A stretch of 64,000 bases of DNA from Clostridia bacterium (GTDB taxonomy: Bacteria; Bacillota; Clostridia; Christensenellales; CAG-138): NCBI GenBank assembly GCA_017394835.1, contig JAFPXD010000003.1, positions 13,691-77,690 on the forward strand. The letters run 5' to 3'. Within the stretch, counting starts at the first letter, position 1. The number at the start of each line of letters is the position of its first letter. A program made the position numbers and the translations under genes. Under the pieces are notes generated by a model. The model was given only the letters and a program-made list of their open reading frames with translations, was not told the DNA's origin and did no database searches. Below are positions 36,626 through 43,799 of the stretch, one piece after another.

Positions 36626-37606
36626 ATGAGCAAGGTCATTGGAGTTCGTTTCAAGGAAGGCGGAAAGATCTATTACTTCGATCCGCTCGAATTCGATATT
36701 AAAACAGGCGACGGAGTCATTGTCGATACGGCAAGGGGCATAGTTTTCGGCGACGTGGCCGAACCCCCTCACGTTATCCCCGACGAGCAGCTTATCACCC
36801 AGCTCAAGCCCGTCATCCGCATCGCTACCCCGGAAGATCACGAGCAGCGCCGCATCTATCGTGAAAAGGAAAAGGAAGCCTATGCCATCTGCCAGGAAAA
36901 GATACTGGAGCACGGGCTGGTTATGAAGCTTGTTGACGTGGAATACGCATTCAACGGCGCAAAGATAATGTTCTATTTCACCGCGGACGGGCGTGTGGAT
37001 TTCAGGGAGCTCGTCAAGGATCTTGCGGGCGTGTTCAGAACGAGGATAGAGCTCCGTCAGATCGGCGTGCGCGACGAGGCGAAGATGCTCGGCGGTCTCG
37101 GCGTCTGCGGAAGGCCCATCTGCTGCGCCTCATTCCTTTCGGATTTCATCCCCGTTTCCATAAAGATGGCAAAGGAGCAGAATCTTTCCCTCAATCAGAC
37201 AAAGATCTCCGGCATATGCGGCAGGCTGATGTGCTGTTTGAAATTCGAACAGGCAGGCTACGAGGCGATGCACAAGATAATGCCCAAGGTGGGCAAGGAA
37301 GTCATAACGCCCGATGGGATAGGCACCGTTGCGGATAATAACGTGATCAGCGAGAATACGACCGTTAAAGTCCATCTTGACGATGGCACTTTTGAAATGC
37401 GCTCCTATCCCTTCCGAGAGCTCATGAACAAGAACGGCGAGCATTTCGGCGAATCGCCCGCTTGCTCCTGCGCGGGATGCGAAAACGGCTGCCCCGCGAA
37501 GGAGGAGCCGTTTGAAAATTCCGTTCCGGTTATGGTCGAGGAGGAGGAAGGGCTCTCAGCCGATGAGATCGAGCAGGACGACAGCCCTGCAGGTGACGCC
37601 GAGTAA
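36626..37606 (+). CDS. ricT: PSP1-domain protein RicT (YaaT), with acidic/Cys-containing C-terminal extension
   Basis: Motifs seen: VIGVRFKEGGKIYYFDP…GDGVIVDTARG and CGRPICC…GRLMCCL. The holB-ricT synteny is conserved. Confidence 0.9.
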   Translation: MSKVIGVRFKEGGKIYYFDPLEFDIKTGDGVIVDTARGIVFGDVAEPPHVIPDEQLITQLKPVIRIATPEDHEQRRIYREKEKEAYAICQEKILEHGLVMKLVDVEYAFNGAKIMFYFTADGRVDFRELVKDLAGVFRTRIELRQIGVRDEAKMLGGLGVCGRPICCASFLSDFIPVSIKMAKEQNLSLNQTKISGICGRLMCCLKFEQAGYEAMHKIMPKVGKEVITPDGIGTVADNNVISENTTVKVHLDDGTFEMRSYPFRELMNKNGEHFGESPACSCAGCENGCPAKEEPFENSVPVMVEEEEGLSADEIEQDDSPAGDAE

Positions 37607-38719
37607 GCTGCCCTCCGGCCCGAGATGTTCGGGTGTAGTGGCCTTTATACTGATCTGCGAACAGTCGACGCCCTCCAGCGCTTCGGCTGTTTTTTTGCGC
37701 ATTTCGGGAATGTGGGGCGCAAGCTTGGGCGCCTGCGCGGTCACGGTCGCATCAATATTGACTATTCGATAGCCCGCGCGGGATACGAGGCGATGTGCCT
37801 CCTTCAAAAGCAGAAGGCTCGAAACGCCCTTGTATTTGGGATCTGTATCGGGAAAATGCGCGCCTATATCGCCCAGCGCCGCGGCGCCGAGCATTGCGTC
37901 GATAATCGAATGGATGAGCGCATCCGCATCGGAATGGCCTTCGAGCCCCAAATCGAACGGGATCTCCACCCCGCCCAGAATGAGCTTGCGCCCGTATTTT
38001 AATCTGTGGGTGTCCTCGCCAATTCCGATCCTCATACGCGGGCTCCTTTCGCCGAGCATTTTTTCAAAGAATGGGATATCCTCCGCCGTGGTGAGCTTTT
38101 GATTATGAAGCCCGCCTTCCGTGAGCCTTACGGGGCCGAACCGAGCGTTCCATACCGCGGCGTCATCCGTTACGGAGCGATCGAGCTGCGCATAGGCTTC
38201 CAAGAGCAGATCTCTTGAAAAGCACTGCGGGGTCTGCATTGAAACGAGCCCTTCGCGATCGACCGTTTCGCCATCCGAAGCACGCCTGAGAGTATCGCGG
38301 ACGGATATTGCCGCAACGCCGCTGCCGAATTCATTGGCGGAGGCGACGGCCCTTTCAATAATATCGCCCGTGATGAGACAGCGAGCGCAGTCATGTATGG
38401 CGACCGTATCGCCTGAGGCCGCCTCGATCCCGCAGAGCACTGAATCCTGCCTTCTTTCGCCGCCCCCGACTATCCTGATGGGGACGGAAGCAAGCTTTGC
38501 GGCCTCCTCTGCGGCGCTTTCGGTCGCCGGGGAGCAGACTATAACGATCTCATCCGCGCTGCGGGAAAACGCCCTCACGCAATGGGCGATGGGCGTTTCG
38601 CCGCAGAGCCTGAGCAGCATCTTGTTTATGGGAGCTCCGTTTGGATCATTGCCCATCCTGGATGAGCCTCCCGCGGCGAGAAGCACCGCGGAGACTGTTT
38701 TTTTATTCGGGGAAGCCAT
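37556..38719 (-). CDS. ispDF: Bifunctional IspD/IspF (MEP cytidylyltransferase / MEcPP synthase)
   Basis: The N-terminus AVLLAAGGSSRMG is the IspD signature. The C-terminal half MRIGIGEDTHRL…GHSDADALIHSI…GDIG is IspF. It is a single uninterrupted 387-aa frame. Confidence 0.9.
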   Translation of the reverse strand: MASPNKKTVSAVLLAAGGSSRMGNDPNGAPINKMLLRLCGETPIAHCVRAFSRSADEIVIVCSPATESAAEEAAKLASVPIRIVGGGERRQDSVLCGIEAASGDTVAIHDCARCLITGDIIERAVASANEFGSGVAAISVRDTLRRASDGETVDREGLVSMQTPQCFSRDLLLEAYAQLDRSVTDDAAVWNARFGPVRLTEGGLHNQKLTTAEDIPFFEKMLGERSPRMRIGIGEDTHRLKYGRKLILGGVEIPFDLGLEGHSDADALIHSIIDAMLGAAALGDIGAHFPDTDPKYKGVSSLLLLKEAHRLVSRAGYRIVNIDATVTAQAPKLAPHIPEMRKKTAEALEGVDCSQISIKATTPEHLGPEGSLLGVTCRAVVLLDLIG

Positions 38720-38967
38720 CAGGAATCCTGCAATACGCGGTACATCTCATCCGCGCTTTCCTTTGTGGCGTATTCGCGGACGGAAACGATCTCCGCCCTG
38801 AAAAGCTTTTCGCCGAAGCGTATGGCGATCTCGTCGCCCTCCTTTACCTCGGCGGAGGGTTTGGCGACCTTGCCGTTTATCGTGACGCGGCCCGCAGAGC
38901 AAGCCTCGTTTGCGACGGTGCGCCTTTTTATCATTCTCGAAACCTTCAAAAACTTATCGAGTCTCAT
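38719..38967 (-). CDS. S4-domain RNA-binding protein (YabO/Hsp15-like)
   Basis: The sequence MRLDKFLKVSRMIKRRTVANEACSAGRVTINGKVAKPS… is an S4 motif. The start was trimmed to ATG 38967. It has a 1-nt overlap with ispDF. Confidence 0.8.
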   Translation of the reverse strand: MRLDKFLKVSRMIKRRTVANEACSAGRVTINGKVAKPSAEVKEGDEIAIRFGEKLFRAEIVSVREYATKESADEMYRVLQDS

Positions 38968-38968
38968 A

Positions 38969-40375
38969 TCATTTCTCCAATTTATCAAGTCCAACTGTTC
39001 TTATCAGCTCCAGATTTATCTTGAGAGCCGGATCCTTTTTCCATTCGTCGAGAAGGCCCTGCCAATGCGTGTTCTGCACGCCGGAGCCGCATACGGCCTT
39101 TATATCGTCGTGAAGGGCTTCAAGAGGTATTTCGCCGGAGGGCTCGTCCCCCTGGTAATAGATTATCCTGAAGCTGCCGCCATCCATGAAAATGCCGGAG
39201 TATTCGCCCTTGCCGAGCTTCGCAAAGCGGGATTTCACCTCTTCGCTCCAATCGGGATCGGACTTGTATTCGAGCGCGATGAGCTCGCCCTTTTTGGCGA
39301 TAACGGAGCCTTCGGTCACGCGGTCGTCCTCCGTATAGCGGAGCATCACTTCAGCAAAGGGCTTGCCCGAAAGCAGTTCCGAATAGGCGGCGGTGATCTT
39401 GGCGTTCGCTTCCGAAACGAAAGCTGAATACTCGTCGGCCGTGGCGTCCTTCAACTGCCTGTATTCTTTCATCAGCTTTGCCAACTGCTCTTCATGCGCA
39501 TGGCTGTTGTTTACCGCGTCTTCAAAGGAAAGCTCGGAATACTCGGCCTTTATCTCCTCCATACGGGCAAGCTTTAAGCTGTATTCCTCCGGAAGATCGC
39601 CCTTGGGAGTCACCACTATCTGCATTATCCTGCAATAGCCGGAAGGCGCGTATGTAATGGGAAGGACCCCATCGCGCACGCCGAAGAACTGTTCGTACTG
39701 CTCCTTATCGGATCTGTACTTTTCCGGGGACTGGTTATAATTATCCCTGTCGTTGATAACGGCGGAATCATACCAATCGGCAATATCATCCTCTGTGGGA
39801 GCGAACTCGGCGCAGACGAGATCGTGATACGCTGAGACTATCCGGGCGGAGCGCGCTTCCTCCGCAAGAAAATCGCTGTATTCGTTCCAGCTCATAGCCT
39901 TGCCCGTATAGTATTCGGATTCCGTCTTAACGTAGCTTTCAAAGCATTCTTCCACGGTTTTATCGGGCTCCGAACCCATCATGGTCTCGGCATAGCGCAT
40001 GCCCGCTTCGTAAGCTTCCCGAAGCTGCTCCTCCGTCTCCTTTGAAAGCGCCTCCTCCTGCTCCTCCGAAAGCTTGAAGCCCGCTTCCTTCGCCTGATGG
40101 AGGGTCACAAGATCATCCGTAATGGAATCGACGAGCCAATCCTGAAAGCTTTCGAGCGAAAGCTTATCTTCAAGAGGATCCTGCCCGTAATACTGCATAT
40201 AGGGAAGATAGCTGTCAAAATGCGCCTTGAACGCGGCAAGGCTGACGGTCTCATCGCCTATGCTTATGACCTTTACGGCGCCGCTCCCGTTCTGGCTGCG
40301 GCCCAAACGGCAGCCGCAAAGCAGGAAGCAAACGGCAAGCGCAGAGATCACAAGCGCTTTGAGCTTTATTTTCAT
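38969..40375 (-). CDS. Putative lipoprotein, SurA/PrsA-N-terminal-like chaperone (no parvulin motif recognised)
   Basis: It has a signal peptide MKIKLKALVISALAVCFLLCGC with a lipobox-like LCGC, followed by a long acidic helical domain. AAAGGGG lies 10 nt upstream of ATG 40375. Confidence 0.55.
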   Translation of the reverse strand: MKIKLKALVISALAVCFLLCGCRLGRSQNGSGAVKVISIGDETVSLAAFKAHFDSYLPYMQYYGQDPLEDKLSLESFQDWLVDSITDDLVTLHQAKEAGFKLSEEQEEALSKETEEQLREAYEAGMRYAETMMGSEPDKTVEECFESYVKTESEYYTGKAMSWNEYSDFLAEEARSARIVSAYHDLVCAEFAPTEDDIADWYDSAVINDRDNYNQSPEKYRSDKEQYEQFFGVRDGVLPITYAPSGYCRIMQIVVTPKGDLPEEYSLKLARMEEIKAEYSELSFEDAVNNSHAHEEQLAKLMKEYRQLKDATADEYSAFVSEANAKITAAYSELLSGKPFAEVMLRYTEDDRVTEGSVIAKKGELIALEYKSDPDWSEEVKSRFAKLGKGEYSGIFMDGGSFRIIYYQGDEPSGEIPLEALHDDIKAVCGSGVQNTHWQGLLDEWKKDPALKINLELIRTVGLDKLEK

Positions 40376-40575
40376 GCTCATTCCCCTTTCATTTCCATAT
40401 AAACTCATTTTATATTATAGCATCAACGCCGGGTTTTGCAAGAGTTCGATCGTTTCTTTTAGTGTAAACGCTTCCCGAGGATAAAATATTTTTGTTTTGT
40501 CCAATATTATACTTGCTCTCGGAGCACATAATAGGTTATAATAAAAGGTGTGCGACCAAAACACATAAAGGAGTA

Positions 40576-42444
40576 ATGACCTTGAATAGATATTTTAAGA
40601 AAACAGCGGCGCTGATCCTTTCGGCGATAATAATAGCAGGTATCCTTCCCGCCCCCATTACAGCGGGCTCCGGTTCTCACGTGACGATCTCCGTCTCTCC
40701 GAGGGAGCTTTCGCAGGAGGGCGACGTTACCGTTTCCGTAACGATCAAGAATACCAATTCAACGGCGGCCGATCCCACGACTCCCCCTGCCGTAACCACT
40801 CCGCCCACGGTGACGACCCCGCCCACGGTGACTAATCCCCCCACGGTGACGACTCCGCCGGCCACTCCGACCCCTGCGGTAACGACTCCGCCCACGGATG
40901 CTCCCACCGAACCGCCCACTCCCGAACCCACCGAGGCTCCCACTCCCGAACCCACCGATCCTGGCGATGGGACCCAGTCCGTTCCCGGCGTCACAGCCGT
41001 TTCGATGAACGCGGGCTTCTCCTCCGAAAGCAGGGTCCACAGGTTCCTGAGCACCTCCTCGCGCGGGGGCGCTTATACCAACATAACCATATCCAACCCC
41101 TACGGGGTCGCGTTCAGCACTTTCGGTGTGACCATTCCCGCCGGCTCCCAAAAGACCTTTACCGGCGCCATGCACGTGACCAACGATATGCTCGGCAAGG
41201 ATCTTACCTTCACCGTCTCCTGGAACGATAACGGTGAGACAAAGACCGAAACCGCCACCTGCCGCGTTTCCCGCAGGAGCGCTTCCGTCTATCTTGCCGT
41301 TACCCGCACGGCCAATCCCGTGAACGCCGCGGAAGGCACTCCCGTTACGGTAAGCTATAAGTTCACCAACACCGGCAGCGTTCCCCTTGTGAACATAAGC
41401 CTTGTGGATAAGCACGTTTACGGCTCTTCCGCGCCCATGTTCTCCATCTCCTCCCTCGCTCCCGGCGCATCGAAGGATTGGGATTACGAATTCACCATGG
41501 GAAAGAATACCATAATCTCCGCTCCCGTGGTCACGTTCTATTCGCAGGGCAGCAACGTTCAGCTTGTGAACAACGTCTCCCCCATGACGATCGGCCTCAT
41601 TCAGTCCCAGCTCCAGAAGGACATAGTGCAGGCGGATCCTTCACCGAACGGCGTTGGTTTTACCCTCTATCTCGTCAACAACGGCAACCAGAAGCTGAGC
41701 TCCCTCACCGTTACCGATGAGCTTGGCAATCTCGTTTCCTCCGAGCCCTTCTCCCTTGCCGTGGGCGAAACAAAGGTGCTTGAATATTTCGTTCCCAATC
41801 CCGATTCCGTGCGCTACATCGTCTTCAATATCACGGGCGAGGATTACAGCGGCAACGAATTCAAGGACAATACAAAGAGCTTTATCGTAAGGCCCTATAT
41901 CGATACTTCGCTGCTCGGCCTTTCGTTCACAGTGGTCACCACCTCCTCCCTGAGCGAGGAGAACGTGCTCGGCGTTTCCTTCTTTATTGAAAACACCGGT
42001 TCGCTCGATTACTACAACCTCGTCGTTACCGAGCAGGCGATAGATTACGAGCTTCAGAAATGGGATACCCTCCCCGTCGGCGCTTCCGATAAGGTCGATC
42101 TCGATATCAATATCGGCGCGGCCCGAAACCTCGTTTTCCAGCTCACAGTTGAAGATCCTTCCGGCAACACCCACGTTCACGAAGCTTACGTTACCGCGGA
42201 ATCCATCGACGTGAGCCAGATCGTTCCTCACATCGATCCTTCCGATAAGGATGGCGACGTTGATATAGAGGGCGGCACCGGCTTCGGCAAAAAGCTTGAC
42301 GGCATTATCACCGCCACGGGTCAGAAGCTCATACGCTGGTTCAGGGTGCTCGGCATAATCGCCGCGGCGACTGCGCTCATAATGCTCGCGCTCGGCGTGA
42401 CGGAGCTCGTCATAAAGCGCAACAAGCGCGATACGGAAGCATAA
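40576..42444 (+). CDS. Secreted, C-terminally membrane-anchored cell-surface protein with Pro/Thr linker and repeated beta-sandwich-like (CARDB/DUF11-like) modules
   Basis: RBS AAAGGAG lies upstream of ATG 40576. It has a signal peptide, …VTVSVTIKNTNS… and …VSYKFTNTGSVPLVNISLVD… modules, and a C-terminal TM segment (VLGIIAAATALIMLALGV) followed by a basic stop-transfer sequence. It has no LPXTG motif. Confidence 0.7.
   Translation: MTLNRYFKKTAALILSAIIIAGILPAPITAGSGSHVTISVSPRELSQEGDVTVSVTIKNTNSTAADPTTPPAVTTPPTVTTPPTVTNPPTVTTPPATPTPAVTTPPTDAPTEPPTPEPTEAPTPEPTDPGDGTQSVPGVTAVSMNAGFSSESRVHRFLSTSSRGGAYTNITISNPYGVAFSTFGVTIPAGSQKTFTGAMHVTNDMLGKDLTFTVSWNDNGETKTETATCRVSRRSASVYLAVTRTANPVNAAEGTPVTVSYKFTNTGSVPLVNISLVDKHVYGSSAPMFSISSLAPGASKDWDYEFTMGKNTIISAPVVTFYSQGSNVQLVNNVSPMTIGLIQSQLQKDIVQADPSPNGVGFTLYLVNNGNQKLSSLTVTDELGNLVSSEPFSLAVGETKVLEYFVPNPDSVRYIVFNITGEDYSGNEFKDNTKSFIVRPYIDTSLLGLSFTVVTTSSLSEENVLGVSFFIENTGSLDYYNLVVTEQAIDYELQKWDTLPVGASDKVDLDINIGAARNLVFQLTVEDPSGNTHVHEAYVTAESIDVSQIVPHIDPSDKDGDVDIEGGTGFGKKLDGIITATGQKLIRWFRVLGIIAAATALIMLALGVTELVIKRNKRDTEA
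40771..40962 (+). repeat. In-frame Pro/Thr-rich low-complexity repeat (TTPPxV / PTPEPTEA units)
   Basis: The DNA shows ~15-bp periodic units (ccgcccacggtgacg…). They translate to PAVTTPPTVTTPPTVTNPPTVTTPPATPTPAVTTPPTDAPTEPPTPEPTEAPTPEPT. Confidence 0.85.
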
Positions 42445-42460
42445 ACAGCCCGAATACAAA

Positions 42461-42497
42461 GGGATCCGCCGAATGACGGCGGATCCCTTCTTTTTTA
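42461..42497 (+). terminator. Rho-independent terminator of the surface-protein gene
   Basis: The hairpin GGGATCCGCC-GAATGAC-GGCGGATCCC is followed by TTCTTTTTT. Confidence 0.85.
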
Positions 42498-42509
42498 TGT
42501 TCGTGATTT

Positions 42510-42887
42510 TCAGTTCTTTGAACCGTACTTTTTAACGTGCGCCTTTATTGCATCGAAGGTCGTATCGCTTATGTAATGCTCAACGCGGCAGGCGTCGTAT
42601 GCGGCGGTCTGCTCATCGACTCCGAGGTTGATAAGAAGCTGAGTCAAAAGCGTGTGCCGCTCGTAAATGCGTTTTGCCTTTTCCTCCCCCGCTTCGGTGA
42701 GGGTGATATAGCCGGCGCTGTCCATCCTTATCATACCCTCCTTTTTCAGGAGGCCGACGGCGCGGCTTACGGAGGGCTTTGAATAGCCCATGTGATCCCC
42801 AATGTCTATACTGCGGACATTGGGCAGCTTTTCCGATAGTATGAGTATTGTCTCGAGGTACATTTCCCCGGATTCGCGCATGGACAT
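42510..42887 (-). CDS. DtxR/MntR-family metal-dependent transcriptional regulator
   Basis: The sequence MSMRESGEMYLETILILSEK…VRSIDIGDHMGYSKPSVSRAVGLLKKEGMI… has a wHTH followed by a metal-binding/dimerisation helix region. The start was trimmed to ATG 42887 (G-rich RBS 9 nt upstream). It is divergent from the feo operon. Confidence 0.85.
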   Translation of the reverse strand: MSMRESGEMYLETILILSEKLPNVRSIDIGDHMGYSKPSVSRAVGLLKKEGMIRMDSAGYITLTEAGEEKAKRIYERHTLLTQLLINLGVDEQTAAYDACRVEHYISDTTFDAIKAHVKKYGSKN

Positions 42888-43040
42888 TTTATGATTCCCC
42901 CCTGCCCGGCAAGGGCTCCCTTTCATTATATTATCTCGTTTCGAAAAGCCCGCTGATAAAGCTAAAACAACGGTCTCAAGCTCTATCCGCAAGCGGTTCT
43001 TACAGGTTATTTTATCGCATCGGCCCTATTTTATCAATAG

Positions 43041-43096
43041 GTATCGAAAAAAAAGCCCAAAGTTCAATGTATCGAAAAAAAAGCCCAAAGTTCAAA
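43041..43096. repeat. Tandem 28-bp direct repeat (2 copies, 27/28 identical)
   Basis: The sequence is GTATCGAAAAAAAAGCCCAAAGTTCAA(T/A) twice, head to tail. It ends 17 nt upstream of the feo -35 element. Confidence 0.9.
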
Positions 43097-43113
43097 ATAT
43101 ATCAAAAATTCGC

Positions 43114-43142
43114 TTGACAAGTTAGCAGTCGCTAATTATAAT
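43114..43142 (+). promoter_or_regulatory. Consensus sigma-70-type promoter of feoA-feoA-feoB
   Basis: TTGACA (43114-43119), 17 nt, TATAAT (43137-43142). The spacer is occupied by operator box 1. Confidence 0.75.
43120..43137. promoter_or_regulatory. Operator box 1 (TTAGC-N6-GCTAA palindrome) inside promoter spacer
   Basis: The sequence is AGTTAGCAGTCGCTAATT. It is one of four copies of RGTTAGSNNWNGCTAAYY. Confidence 0.55.
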
Positions 43143-43149
43143 GATACTC

Positions 43150-43167
43150 GGTTAGGGGTAGCTAACC
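43150..43167. promoter_or_regulatory. Operator box 2 at/after the predicted TSS
   Basis: The sequence is GGTTAGGGGTAGCTAACC, with 6-bp arms GGTTAG/CTAACC. Confidence 0.55.
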
Positions 43168-43216
43168 GCAGCTTTGCCTTGCGGAAAGTATGACCCGGCT
43201 AATATTTTGGTCATAA

Positions 43217-43234
43217 AGTTAGCATTTGCTAATT
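43217..43234. promoter_or_regulatory. Operator box 3 just upstream of the feoA RBS
   Basis: The sequence is AGTTAGCATTTGCTAATT, with arms TTAGCA/TGCTAA. It ends 3 nt before GAAGGAGGG. Confidence 0.55.
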
Positions 43235-43250
43235 AAGAAGGAGGGAGCTA

Positions 43251-43463
43251 ATGATGCCGTTGAACTATGCGGAATTGGGTCAGCCTCAGATCATCAAAAG
43301 GATCGGCGGCAGTCCCGAGATCAAAAAGCATCTTGAAGACCTCGGCTTCACGGTAGGCGGCGAGGTAAGCCTCATCAGCACATTGGGCGGCAACGTGATA
43401 GTAAAGGTCAAGGAAAGCCGCATTGCGGTGAGCGACGAGCTCGCAAGAAAGATAATGGTCTGA
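43251..43463 (+). CDS. feoA: FeoA-family ferrous iron transport protein A (copy 1)
   Basis: The 70-aa SH3-like FeoA protein has the sequence LGQPQIIKRIGG…LEDLGFTVGGEVSLIS…GGNVIVKV. RBS GAAGGAGGG lies upstream. Confidence 0.9.
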   Translation: MMPLNYAELGQPQIIKRIGGSPEIKKHLEDLGFTVGGEVSLISTLGGNVIVKVKESRIAVSDELARKIMV

Positions 43464-43488
43464 TAATTTTAACAAGGAGGAACAGAAA

Positions 43489-43710
43489 GTGAGGACATTA
43501 AGGGACGTTAAGATCGGAGAAACGGCGATCGTCGTAAAGCTCCACGGCGAAGGCGCGGTAAAGCGCCGCATTATGGACATGGGCATTACCAAGAGGACGC
43601 CCGTATTCGTCCGCAAGGTGGCGCCCTTGGGCGACCCGATAGAGGTCACAGTCCGCGGCTATGAGCTTTCCATCCGCAAGGCGGACGCGGAAATGGTAGA
43701 AGTTGAATAA
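43489..43710 (+). CDS. feoA: FeoA-family protein (copy 2)
   Basis: The sequence is LRDVKIGETAIVVKLHGEGAVKRRIMDMGITKRTPVFVRKVAPLGDPIEV. The start is GTG with AAGGAGG 8 nt upstream. Confidence 0.9.
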   Translation: MRTLRDVKIGETAIVVKLHGEGAVKRRIMDMGITKRTPVFVRKVAPLGDPIEVTVRGYELSIRKADAEMVEVE

Positions 43711-43741
43711 AGGGCTTTGCGCCTATTATTTTTCGGGAATG

Positions 43742-43759
43742 GGTTAGGTAATGCTAACC
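43742..43759. promoter_or_regulatory. Operator box 4 in the feoA2-feoB intergenic gap
   Basis: The sequence is GGTTAGGTAATGCTAACC, with the same arms as box 2. Confidence 0.5.
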
Positions 43760-43799
43760 GCCCGAACAGATCTGACAGCAAACAAGAAAGGAAGAAACC

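Noticed and set aside
42993-43117. A small Lys-rich peptide (MYRKKSPKFKIYQKFA) encoded across the 28-bp tandem repeat.
   Set aside because: It has no RBS, and its composition is dictated by the A-tract repeat. It lies upstream of the feo promoter in a divergent regulatory region.
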